Source of the DNA: a virus
Taxonomy: Duplodnaviria; Caudoviricetes
Length of the DNA stretch: 64,000 nt
Strand: one strand, 5' to 3'
Virus record (IMG/VR): IMGVR_UViG_3300037484_000435
Span: 288,001 to 352,000 of that record
Of the stretch, positions 53,211 to 61,937 are shown piece by piece. The notes beneath the pieces were generated by a model that worked only from the letters and a program-made list of their open reading frames with translations, was not told where the DNA came from and did no database searches. A program made the position numbers and the translations under genes. Position 1 is the first letter of the stretch. Every line of letters starts with the position of its first letter.

Positions 53211-53767
53211 CTCGCGGTCTCCTTCCCTTGCTCATAGGTTCTACAAACTATCTCTACAATACCATCAGTCTTTGTGCCCATAACTCTAATAATAGGAACC
53301 GAATTAGGCACAACCTTCACACCATCAACTAAAAAATACTTTGCATTTACGAAATCAGGATAATATCTGGAATCCGTTTTGATAATCAGAGCGTGTTGGC
53401 CTTCTTGGCCCACTGGAGTTATCGGTAAAGACTCGCCGTCCGCGATCTCCCAGTGGTAATTTGCTACTATACTTTTTTCTGTAGGAACACTTAACTTCCC
53501 CTCTCCCCGACAAATAGGACATACCTGTTTAAATGGGGTAGCTGTAACAGACCTTGAATAGGCGGTGCCCTCAAATAAAATTTTCGTGCCACTAAAGTTA
53601 CTAAAGGTCGCGGTAGAAGATCCAGATACAAAATCATGGAAACAATTAGGGCAGTCCTCCTCCAGAAGACTGCCCATACCTATCACGATAGGTCTACTCA
53701 AGTCCTTAACCAACTGTTTTTGGTCTTTAGTAAAATCTTTTAACAGTTGTGTAGGCACCAAAACCAT
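53207..53767 (-). CDS. Putative head closure protein with CxxC zinc motifs
   Basis: DCPNC...VCPICRGEG plus a beta-barrel-like C-terminus (YFLVDGVK); position in the head-tail joining cluster. Confidence 0.5.
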   Translation of the reverse strand: MVLVPTQLLKDFTKDQKQLVKDLSRPIVIGMGSLLEEDCPNCFHDFVSGSSTATFSNFSGTKILFEGTAYSRSVTATPFKQVCPICRGEGKLSVPTEKSIVANYHWEIADGESLPITPVGQEGQHALIIKTDSRYYPDFVNAKYFLVDGVKVVPNSVPIIRVMGTKTDGIVEIVCRTYEQGKETAR

Positions 53768-54351
53768 TACGCAACTCCTAGCCTATCTGACAATTCTATC
53801 AGACGTCTCTCCAGAAGATCTCTTACACGCTCTTGCCCAGCAATATTCCTAGCTAACTTTACGGCGTGTTTTATGAGCAATGCATTATTGCAGTTATCGA
53901 TAATCTTCTTTGTCTCCTCACTCATCTTTAGCCAAGCCAATTCTTTGGGTGTCATTTCACCCTCCATAGCTCTCTTGATGTTCTTCTTAGAAGTTTGTGT
54001 AGCACGTGTCTTCTGCTCTTTCCTTTTCAACCTGCTAACGTCGTCTTGACCAGAAACTACCTCGTCTGCTTTTTTCTTGGCCATAGCCCCTCTCTTAGGC
54101 CTAGGGCCCTCCGAAAAATCTAATTGCCAAATACCACGATCCCGAGCGTATTCACTTTCTACTTTCTCTAAGAAATCCTTAAATTGTTCCGGTGACCACT
54201 CAGAATGCTTTGCTTCGACAGCTTTCTTACTGCGCTTTGGTTCACAAAATCCCTCAAACACCTCCTCTAAATCTAGAGACCCTCCAGGTGGAATCTGGTG
54301 TTTCAATAAAATTTTGTAGCCTCCGCTAATGTTCCTTGCTATGTATGGCAT
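53767..54351 (-). CDS. Hypothetical head-completion-region protein
   Basis: Clean 194-aa ORF with GGAGG RBS, coupled to 53207-53767; basic middle region and helical C-terminus. Confidence 0.65.
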   Translation of the reverse strand: MPYIARNISGGYKILLKHQIPPGGSLDLEEVFEGFCEPKRSKKAVEAKHSEWSPEQFKDFLEKVESEYARDRGIWQLDFSEGPRPKRGAMAKKKADEVVSGQDDVSRLKRKEQKTRATQTSKKNIKRAMEGEMTPKELAWLKMSEETKKIIDNCNNALLIKHAVKLARNIAGQERVRDLLERRLIELSDRLGVA

Positions 54352-55900
54352 GATAATGTCCTCCTTTGCCTACCTGTGTTTCAGCACACGGAAATGTTAA
54401 ACAAAAATCTGTGTGCCCGGGAACGCTCTTATATGAAATTTCGCCCCCGTATGAAGTTACCAAATTTTTAACAATTGATAACCCTAAACCGTGATTAACC
54501 TTATTTTCCTCAGCTTTTGTGGACACATAGGGAACAAAAATTTGATCTCCTAATTCAGGGGGGACTCCCCTCCCATTATCCACAACATGCACCTCAATAC
54601 TGTGATTGACCTCCATTACAGCGACAGTGATCTTGGGCTTGTCGTGATCTATAGATTCAATAGCATTCGTGCAAAGATTTATAAGTAACTGCATAAAATC
54701 AGACGAATTTATACTAATTTTGCACTCAGACTCTTGTTCACTACTCAACACAAAGTCATCCTCTGATAAACATTTAAACTTATCAGTAATTCGTAATGTT
54801 TTCATCACGGTCCTAATCTCAGATACAACGTTGATTAAATGTGCCTCTTTTCTAGACTCTGCCTTGGTAAACTTTGATAAAGATTCTAAAACTGACATTG
54901 AATAATCTGCTCTACCCTCGGCGTCGGAAAGTAACTCAAAAACGTCTGCGATTTCCAAAGTTTCTGTCCACCCCTCCTCCTCAGTTCTTCCAGTAAAATG
55001 TGTCAACCACTCCTCGATTAATTCTACAGTGTTGATAATAGACTGCATAGGGGTACGTAACTCATGAGCAATACCAGCATTAAGTGCTCTAGCAATTTCT
55101 AGTAAATCTTGGATCTTAGCATTCTCTAATTGCATCACTTTATCTCTTTTCTCTCTAAGCTGTTCCTGTACTCGGGTGAATTCGCTTACATCCCTAGATA
55201 TATGTACCGCCCCAACCGTTTTCCCCTCTTTAGTAATAATTGGGTGCACACTCAATAGAAAGTCCCCTTTGAGGTTGTAGATATGGGCGTGGGCGGTGTG
55301 GGATTGACTATCTTGTAACAAAAGTGTGTGAGGACAAAACTTTGGAGGAGCAGTAGAATTATGTATAAGATGATAACATTTTCTACCAATTAAATTTGTA
55401 GGCTCACCACCCAAAGCCTGTGCCGCAGCTTTATTTATGCGGACTATATTAAAGTTAGTGTCCAAAAGCATTATGTGATCTGGTACTGCGTCAAACGTAC
55501 GCTCCCACTGTTTTTTGGCCTTTTGCATCTTTCGAAATACTTCTTCCAACTGGGCGGTTCTGGATACCACTTTGGCCTCTAAGGTATCTGTTAACTCTTT
55601 GTTGTCTCTTTCGTAAGATATTACCCGTTCTATTAATTTATGTATCTCTACCAAAGACCATAGAAAAAAACTTGAAACAACCAAAGAAAAAATCTCATTA
55701 TAAAATGGCCAAGGGTCGACACCCAACCAATAAAAAGACAGAATGCGACGTATAAGCATTAGGGACAAAGGGATTAATAGAATAAGCCAAGTAGACCTAG
55801 AACACGGAGTCCTAGACAAGGAGACGGTATACCCAACTACAACAAGTTGAATTACAATGGAAACGATGATTACGACTTCCATTAGCATCATCAGCCCCAC
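54326..55900 (-). CDS. Membrane-bound PAS-domain sensor histidine kinase
   Basis: About 3 N-terminal TM helices, a coiled coil, PAS (WERTFDAVPDHIMLLD..NIVRINKA...PPKFCPH...VHISRDVS), H box AGIAHELRTP, N box LINLCTNAIES, G1 DNGRG, F box IFVPYVSTK and G2 GLGLSIV. Confidence 0.95.
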   Translation of the reverse strand: MGLMMLMEVVIIVSIVIQLVVVGYTVSLSRTPCSRSTWLILLIPLSLMLIRRILSFYWLGVDPWPFYNEIFSLVVSSFFLWSLVEIHKLIERVISYERDNKELTDTLEAKVVSRTAQLEEVFRKMQKAKKQWERTFDAVPDHIMLLDTNFNIVRINKAAAQALGGEPTNLIGRKCYHLIHNSTAPPKFCPHTLLLQDSQSHTAHAHIYNLKGDFLLSVHPIITKEGKTVGAVHISRDVSEFTRVQEQLREKRDKVMQLENAKIQDLLEIARALNAGIAHELRTPMQSIINTVELIEEWLTHFTGRTEEEGWTETLEIADVFELLSDAEGRADYSMSVLESLSKFTKAESRKEAHLINVVSEIRTVMKTLRITDKFKCLSEDDFVLSSEQESECKISINSSDFMQLLINLCTNAIESIDHDKPKITVAVMEVNHSIEVHVVDNGRGVPPELGDQIFVPYVSTKAEENKVNHGLGLSIVKNLVTSYGGEISYKSVPGHTDFCLTFPCAETQVGKGGHYHAIHSKEH

Positions 55901-55902
55901 TT

Positions 55903-56313
55903 TTATTCATCAAACAAAGAGATGTCCCTCTTTATCATGTCATCTAGGATACGAGCCAATTCTCTAATCCTGACGGGCTTTTTAACCAAAATGGTAAATA
56001 AACATTTTTCTCGATCTTCACGAGTAGCTTGGGCTGCCTGTTGATAAAGGTCAACATTATCCTCCAGACCAGTTATAAAAGCGATCGGAATATCACTATT
56101 CATATTATTTCGTATATAACTGTGCACTTCCATACCACTGGGCGAGGGACCGTTGAGGCGAATGTCGAGAATAACTAGGTCAATACTAGTGTTTTGCAAC
56201 ATCCCAATCGCCTCGGGAGCATGGTATACTTGAAAGACATTAAATTTCTTCCCAAAAGTTTTCTTCCATACTTTAGAAACTACTACATCATTTTCAACTA
56301 TCAATAGGTTCAT
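55903..56313 (-). CDS. Single-domain response regulator (receiver only)
   Basis: LIVEND acidic pocket, phospho-acceptor VILDIRL, FIT (Thr) and VKKP (Lys-Pro); no output domain. GGAGG RBS at the 3' end of the upstream endonuclease. Confidence 0.92.
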   Translation of the reverse strand: MNLLIVENDVVVSKVWKKTFGKKFNVFQVYHAPEAIGMLQNTSIDLVILDIRLNGPSPSGMEVHSYIRNNMNSDIPIAFITGLEDNVDLYQQAAQATREDREKCLFTILVKKPVRIRELARILDDMIKRDISLFDE

Positions 56314-56315
56314 AT

Positions 56316-57116
56316 TTAATGCACCTCCTCACTCAGTATTAGCACCTTCTTAAACAAGTCTTTTTTCCTATCCAAACGTGGGGTATCCAATTTAAGCATA
56401 TCCTTAATAAATAATAGTGAGCGAGTATGGCTGAGGCGGTATTTCCCACAACCATCACTATTGCAGACACTTGAAATGGTTTCAGCAGGATACCACCTAT
56501 CACAACATCCCTTTACAAAATTTAGAAAGTCTACATTCCCCCTGAAGGAAATTCTCCAATTTGGCTTACCGTCATTAGACAGACAACCATCACCATCAAA
56601 ATATCCAGTAATAAAGTATTTTAACAGGACGTCATCAGTGATATTGGGTGCCCGAAGAGTTAGTGATTTTTTAGGAGTAAGTGAATAATAATTATTTAAG
56701 TCCTCAAACCACTGACTAACGCCTGTAATCGCAAGAACCGCATTATCGTATCTTCTTCCATTTAAAGGTGTATTCCCAAACCTGACCGCCCCGCTATACC
56801 CACACGCTATTCGAAATTTCTCTAATTGTTGGTAATCAGTTCGTTGTAACATAAAAGAAACCACGAAACTTCTCTCGTACAAGCAACCGTCCGCAGCAAT
56901 AAAACCAGCCCAATAAGCTCGTTCGGGGTTTAAAACGCTAAAGTAATTATAATCTACGTCATATCTCCTACCTCTTCCCTTGTTAGATTCTCCTAACATA
57001 GATAACCGTGTTGTTACTGCATCTGTTGTTCTGCCGATCAGTTCCCCAATCTCTTTACAAGTGTGTGTTTTATACAATTCAACAATCGAACATTTTTCTT
57101 CTTCTGTCCACCTCAT
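56316..57116 (-). mobile_element. Free-standing LAGLIDADG homing endonuclease with one Myb/HTH-like repeat
   Basis: AYWAGFIAADG and FITGYFDGDG; MRWTEEEKCSI repeat. The ATG at 57116 has a GGAGG RBS; the track start is 57134. Confidence 0.9.
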
Positions 57117-57133
57117 TTTATCGTCCTCCCCCA

Positions 57134-57589
57134 CTACTTCCTACGCTGTTCTAAAATGTATTTAATGAGTTCAGCTTTGGTTCTTTCTAAATCTTTAATC
57201 GTAGCCACATCTTTCATGGACGACTCTAGTAATGTAAAACGTTTCTCAATCGCTGTAATCAGCTCGTGTTTGGTAACTTGGTCCCGATTTTCGGCCTCTA
57301 CCAATGATACCTTTCGACTATTCTCGTTAATACTGGTCTGCATTTTATCGGACACTAGATACAGTATTGGGATCATTACACTAAGTAAGAGTATTATACC
57401 TCCCACAAACCATTGAAAAAAAGACCATCTTTTCTGATCCCGAAGTTCTAATTCAGATTCAAACTTTTCGAATTTAGACGCCAGATTAATAGCAGTGGAA
57501 TCAGACGTCTGAGCCAATAAAGAGATTAATTCCTCTAAATCGGTTTGTATTTGTTCTAAACTAGGTTGATGTTGTTGTTCTTCTAACAT
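57134..57589 (-). CDS. Single-TM coiled-coil membrane protein in the lysis cassette (possible holin/antiholin)
   Basis: One TM (FFQWFVGGIILLLSVMIPILYLV) flanked by coiled coils; follows the spanin-like genes. The ATG at 57589 is chosen from the GGAGG upstream. Confidence 0.5.
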   Translation of the reverse strand: MLEEQQHQPSLEQIQTDLEELISLLAQTSDSTAINLASKFEKFESELELRDQKRWSFFQWFVGGIILLLSVMIPILYLVSDKMQTSINENSRKVSLVEAENRDQVTKHELITAIEKRFTLLESSMKDVATIKDLERTKAELIKYILEQRRK

Positions 57590-57606
57590 ACATGGTGAAC
57601 CTCCAG

Positions 57607-57984
57607 TTATTCCCAGAACCTGTACCAAGAATGTTTCTTCTGTGTTTCCCCCTGCTTACCAGAGTTTGTTGCGCCCTTATTATAGATTTCGAGCGTCTTT
57701 TCTACTTCAAGCCCCCAATTGGGCCATTTAGTTAATGCGGTACTGATCTTCTCAATATCCTCAAAGCTCCAGTAAGCTTTTCCATTCTTTAGATCAACCG
57801 TTGGCTCTTTAACCCAGTCAGTATCTGGGTATTTTTTCTTATCAAACTTTCCGTTATCCATTATAACTACTTTTGGCGGGCTAGGGATAGTTACTTGTTC
57901 CCTTACTGGAACATAAACGTATTTCACTGTCCCGCACCCAGATAGCAATAATACAAAAAACATTAGCAATAAAGTTTTTTTCAT
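57607..57984 (-). CDS. Lipoprotein, putative o-spanin (Rz1-like)
   Basis: MKKTLLLMFFVLLLSGC lipobox; Pro-rich N-terminal mature part; directly after an i-spanin-like gene. Confidence 0.65.
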   Translation of the reverse strand: MKKTLLLMFFVLLLSGCGTVKYVYVPVREQVTIPSPPKVVIMDNGKFDKKKYPDTDWVKEPTVDLKNGKAYWSFEDIEKISTALTKWPNWGLEVEKTLEIYNKGATNSGKQGETQKKHSWYRFWE

Positions 57985-57992
57985 AACCTCTC

Positions 57993-58328
57993 CTATCTTG
58001 GTGATACCATAAATAAGTTCTCGATGTTAAACTTAGTGCCCGAAACAACAGGTGGTTTCGGCTTTTGTTTGTAATACTCTTTCAATCTCCGAATATTTTC
58101 ATTCAAAAAAGAGTTGGAGCTTTCCAGTTTTATTGTCGCGGCTCTACACTCCTCAAGGCTTTTATTTAATTCAGAGATATTAATTTTCTGCTCAGTAATA
58201 GTGCTGTTCAAATCTCGTATCTCCATCTTTAATATAAAAACTCTTATGCCAAAGTAAGTTAGACCTCCGATAATAGCTAAGAATATCGCGGTATAAATGA
58301 ATTTTGCTATTGGGTCCATTACAAACAT
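57993..58328 (-). CDS. Putative i-spanin (Rz-like)
   Basis: N-terminal TM (FIYTAIFLAIIGGLTYFGIRVFIL) followed by a long coiled coil and a Pro-rich tail; lies between a peptidoglycan hydrolase and a lipoprotein. Confidence 0.65.
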   Translation of the reverse strand: MFVMDPIAKFIYTAIFLAIIGGLTYFGIRVFILKMEIRDLNSTITEQKINISELNKSLEECRAATIKLESSNSFLNENIRRLKEYYKQKPKPPVVSGTKFNIENLFMVSPR

Positions 58329-58340
58329 ATTATTAATCAC

Positions 58341-58874
58341 CTACAAAGCCAGAGTTTTTGTGCCTAATATCGCCTTATACCTCGTATCCCCTTTTATAAT
58401 GGTAGTCCTCTTAAAATATCGTGCACTCGAAGAAGCCTCCGCAAAAACCTTAGTTTCCTTTTTTATCTTCTTAGAGTAAGCCTCCTCTTCAACACTTTTC
58501 TTACGCCATGTTCCTACATGACTAGCAATCTTACCACCGTAGTTAAAGAACACTATTTTTGGGAAATCGCCAGCCTCAAACCCCTTTTCTGGGCCCTCAA
58601 TATTATTCTTACCCCAGTTACCATACCCCAACCACATTCTAAAGGCGGTTGTACGTTTACCCGGAAAATCTGGGGTAAAACCAGCATAGGTTTGACCGCT
58701 GCAATCGCCCCCGAGTAATCCCCAAAAACCGCCCCAAACATAAGTAGGAGCCAGTTTCTCCAGAAGTGTAAACCTTTGGTCGATGTTCTTTAATTTAACG
58801 TCGAGGCTAGGTGTGGTGACCACAGCGGTAACCACAAAACCTAAAAGAATTAACGTGGCGAATAGATTAGTCAT
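58341..58874 (-). CDS. NlpC/P60-family cell-wall peptidase with N-terminal signal/anchor (putative endolysin)
   Basis: PTYVWGG..GGDCSG (catalytic Cys), IVFF and SHVG (His), then F.EASSS. Hydrophobic N-terminus MTNLFATLILLGFVVTAVV. The ATG at 58874 overlaps the upstream stop, so it is preferred to the track start at 58967. Confidence 0.75.
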   Translation of the reverse strand: MTNLFATLILLGFVVTAVVTTPSLDVKLKNIDQRFTLLEKLAPTYVWGGFWGLLGGDCSGQTYAGFTPDFPGKRTTAFRMWLGYGNWGKNNIEGPEKGFEAGDFPKIVFFNYGGKIASHVGTWRKKSVEEEAYSKKIKKETKVFAEASSSARYFKRTTIIKGDTRYKAILGTKTLAL

Positions 58875-59163
58875 CCCCACCACTATCACTCTCAGTGTAA
58901 GATAGGTATTCCTCCAGTGTGCGTAAAGCTGGCTCCAACATAGATACAGCATCCCGAACAAACCCAATCTGCATAGCTATCACTGGGCGACGAGACATGA
59001 TAGTATCTTCATCTAACCCCACTAATCCAGAATACATCAAGTTATCCAATAACCTATTTAAAACTGCGAGCAACTCCAAACTTGCTAACAATTTGGGGTC
59101 AGGCTTCTCACACTCACATTCCCCAAAATAAGCAACTTCTTTTTTCAAATCTTTTAGTGACAT
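58867..59163 (-). CDS. Hypothetical 98-aa protein in the lysis cassette
   Basis: Clean ORF with AGGAG RBS, coupled to the NlpC/P60 gene. Confidence 0.65.
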   Translation of the reverse strand: MSLKDLKKEVAYFGECECEKPDPKLLASLELLAVLNRLLDNLMYSGLVGLDEDTIMSRRPVIAMQIGFVRDAVSMLEPALRTLEEYLSYTESDSGGDD

Positions 59164-59176
59164 TTCACTCCTCCTT

Positions 59177-59560
59177 CTAACGTATACCTGCTGAAATAAT
59201 CATGGCCCCAGCCAACGCTAGGAAACCCCAAAATATATAGCAGGCCGCTTTTTCAATCGGAGTGCCTGCCTGTAATTTTTTATATGAAAAATACGGAAAA
59301 AACCACGATACCAAAGTAAGGAAAGCAACTTCTGAAAATACTCCCCATACAGTCACCCACATGGAAATATTAAGAGTCATATCTCGATTACTCACCAACT
59401 CTGGGTTCTGACTAAAATATGTTAGGGCAAAATATGCGAAGACGCACCACACTACTATTGGTATCCCGTTCACTATTCCAAAAAACAATTGTTTGTACCA
59501 AGGCCAATTAGGGTCTATGTCTATTATTGCACGACTACTTTCTTGCTTTTCTTCTTTCAT
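59177..59560 (-). CDS. Putative holin (about 3 TM helices)
   Basis: Small protein with three hydrophobic segments; first gene of the peptidase/spanin cluster; GGAGGAG RBS. Confidence 0.55.
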   Translation of the reverse strand: MKEEKQESSRAIIDIDPNWPWYKQLFFGIVNGIPIVVWCVFAYFALTYFSQNPELVSNRDMTLNISMWVTVWGVFSEVAFLTLVSWFFPYFSYKKLQAGTPIEKAACYIFWGFLALAGAMIISAGIR

Positions 59561-60211
59561 TTACTCCTCCTCACTGCCACAATGAATTATATTATGGCAA
59601 TTAGCACACACCAAATCACACTTTTCTAATTCTTTTTTTAAATGCTCCCAAGTCAGAGTTCTCTTATTAACTAAATAAGAAATCTTAAACTCCTTCTTAC
59701 TGGGGTCTCTATGGTGAAACACCATTGCAGCATAATGAAAAGTCCCACCGCACACCTTGCATTTATTCCCCATATACTCTATAGCTTTAATTGTCCACTC
59801 TCTTCTGCTAATCCTCACCTTCTCCAAACAACTATCACATTCATAAGTTTCTCCAAACCAGGGCTGTAAACACCTAGGACATAGACCCCTATCTTTGAGT
59901 CTTTTCCTCCTTTCTTTGGCTTTCAATCCGCTACATCCCTTACACCAAGAAATAGAGTTTTTATGTTTACTATAATACTCATTTAGTGGTTTATCTTCCC
60001 CACACACCGAGCAAACTTTATGACCCAACTCATTAATTTGTTTACGCCTAAACACAGCTGATAAATGATAACCTTCACTCTTCGTACGTTTTTCACAGCC
60101 AGATTCTAAAATGACTCTTTCTATATAAGACCTACTTCTTCCAGTCATCTTTGCCAAGGTCACAATACCAGCACCCCTTTTATAATTACAAACAATTTCT
60201 ATCTTTTCCAC
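59561..60211 (-). mobile_element. HNH homing endonuclease with N-terminal HTH and CxxC zinc ribbons
   Basis: CSVC/CKGC, CPRC/CDSC and CKVC motifs, plus MVFHHRDP...CDLVCANCHNIIH (HNH). Confidence 0.88.
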
Positions 60212-60218
60212 CGTTACA

Positions 60219-60281
60219 CAATCCTCCTGTCCTTTAAGATAAACCTACAGATTTGTGGTCTACTAAGAGTTAGGAGGATGG
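60219..60281 (-). promoter_or_regulatory. Hairpin able to sequester the AGGAGG RBS of the HNH endonuclease
   Basis: Minus RNA AUCCUCCU (60279-60272) is the exact complement of AGGAGGAU (60228-60221). An inner stem UAGACC/GGUUUA plus ACA/UGU closes the loop. Confidence 0.55.
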
Positions 60282-60320
60282 TTATTTGAAATATTAGGGG
60301 AAGTTAAAAGGGAGGAGGTG

Positions 60321-60345
60321 GAACCCCTAAGCGGGTTAGGGGTTC
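60321..60345 (-). terminator. Strong 10-bp hairpin just downstream of the LAGLIDADG gene (possible terminator or processing site)
   Basis: GAACCCCTAA-GCGGG-TTAGGGGTTC is a perfect 10-bp inverted repeat. There is no immediate U tract on the minus strand, so function is uncertain. Confidence 0.45.
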
Positions 60346-60358
60346 GTAGGAGAAAGGA

Positions 60359-61525
60359 TTAAGAAAGGGGATTGGATTGGAGGTAAGAGATAACTGGGTC
60401 CCATTTACGTTTTAGGTAAGGGGTTTTAACGGAAAGAAGTTTTTCTATAATACGGAGGGCACGTTTACCGTGCACTTTATAGTAGAATATCTTAGTATTA
60501 TACGGACCACAAACATTAGCAGATTTATAGTTAGATTCATTCGGTGGGGCCCACTTCTCAAACCAAAGTTTAACCCACTCCATCATTTCGTGGGTCCCGC
60601 AAACTCCGATTAAGCATTTCTTGGAAGATTTAAAAACTACGGACCCGTCGCCGTCAACAAAACCTCTAATATAACTTTTAATTTGTTCTTCATCAACAAT
60701 CTTTGGGGGTATTAATGTCAAAGACTTCCTTGGGACAATAGAAAAATATTTTTCTAAATCCAAGAACCACTGCCTTACACCCCAAATGAACATCGCTACC
60801 TTGTCGTACCCATCCCCATCTGTAAAATAACGAACGGTTCCCGAATACCCCACATCCTCCACCAGCTGTTCTAAGTGATAGCCATCTCGGGCTTGTAGGC
60901 CGACAGAAAATAAATGCTTCCCTTCGGTTAAGCAACCATCAGCAGCAATAAAGCCTGCCCAGTAGGAGTTCAAAATACTCGGAGTAGAAAAGAAATCCAT
61001 ATCTACAGCATACGTTCGTTGTTCTCGCTTATCATCTTCTGGAACCAAAAGTCTCCAACGGTGGTGAATCGCTTTCCTGCTTCTGTGCGGCAATAGCCTT
61101 TTAATCTCGTTAACATCCTCTTGATAATTATTAATAAGTAATAAATCTTCGTCCCCCGCCCACAGTTTCCTATCAAATTTGTGTTTAGCTATTATTCCCT
61201 TTTTCTTCATCCTATCCAACTTTGAGGCAACAGACGGAAAATTACGACCGACTATCTTCGCAATTTCTTGGATAGTAGTTTTTCCTATATTGTTTAATAA
61301 GAGTTGCTCGTCGTCTTCGCTCCATTTTTCCGTGGTAATTTGATTCTTGTGAATAGTTTCTAATCCTAATTTACGCCTTCTATGTTGTACAGACTGGTTA
61401 GTTCTGCCAAGCAAAAGGCCACAAATTTCATCATATGATAATTTTCCATAGTTACTCCTGATAATATCATCTTCCCATTCTTCCCACACCTTATTGTCTT
61501 TAGCACAGCCTTGTAATTTTGTCAC
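60359..61525 (-). mobile_element. Free-standing LAGLIDADG homing endonuclease with three Myb/HTH-like repeats
   Basis: SYWAGFIAADG and YIRGFVDGDG; repeats VWEEWEDDII, KWSEDDEQLL, LWAGDEDLLL; C-terminal LKRKW. Confidence 0.9.
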
Positions 61526-61621
61526 AGATAGACCCCCTAAGTCTAGTTTTTTCCATCACCTAATTAGACACCGAACTGTATAAAAAGTTTCAAATAATAA
61601 TACGTGTTGTGTATTTTAGAC

Positions 61622-61652
61622 AAAAAAAAAACGGGAGTATTACTACTCCCGT
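61622..61652 (-). terminator. Rho-independent terminator ending the capsid operon
   Basis: ACGGGAGTA-TTAC-TACTCCCGT is a perfect 9-bp stem with an A-run on the + side (U tract on the minus strand), about 30 nt after the stop at 61686. Confidence 0.9.
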
Positions 61653-61685
61653 TAACTTTAACAAATACAAATAACTTACTGTTAT

Positions 61686-61910
61686 TTATACAGTATCGGC
61701 ATCCCATTTAATGTGCCACGACCACGACTGGCCGTTTCCGGCATATAAAGGCACATCCGTTATGGTTGTGGTTCTCCAAATGGGTTCGATGTTGAACATA
61801 CACCAGTAGCCATAATAGCCACGGGATCCGTCCCATATCTTATTTTTCCATCCGGGCACTTTTACCGCACGGGTTTTTCCACTTCTATCTAGGTATATCA
61901 AAGCTGACAT
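61686..61910 (-). CDS. Small Trp/Tyr-rich protein following the major capsid gene
   Basis: 74 aa, with a strong AAGGAGG RBS, between the MCP and the terminator. Confidence 0.75.
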   Translation of the reverse strand: MSALIYLDRSGKTRAVKVPGWKNKIWDGSRGYYGYWCMFNIEPIWRTTTITDVPLYAGNGQSWSWHIKWDADTV

Positions 61911-61937
61911 TATATGTGTTCCTCCTTTTATACCTTA

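Noticed and set aside
53207-53767. DnaJ-type zinc finger chaperone call for the CxxC..CxxCxGxG protein
   Set aside because: Only one CxxCxGxG repeat and no J-domain. Synteny favours a head-closure protein.
60272-60359. Plus-strand mini-ORFs after AGGAGG-like sequences (M-V-I-stop and a 14-codon GTG ORF)
   Set aside because: The plus-strand AGGAGG is better explained as the anti-SD arm of the minus-strand hairpin, and nothing else in the window is plus-strand.
45637-61525. LAGLIDADG/HNH ORFs as group I intron-encoded
   Set aside because: The flanking genes appear complete, with their own starts and stops, and the spacers are too short for intron cores, so the ORFs are treated as free-standing.
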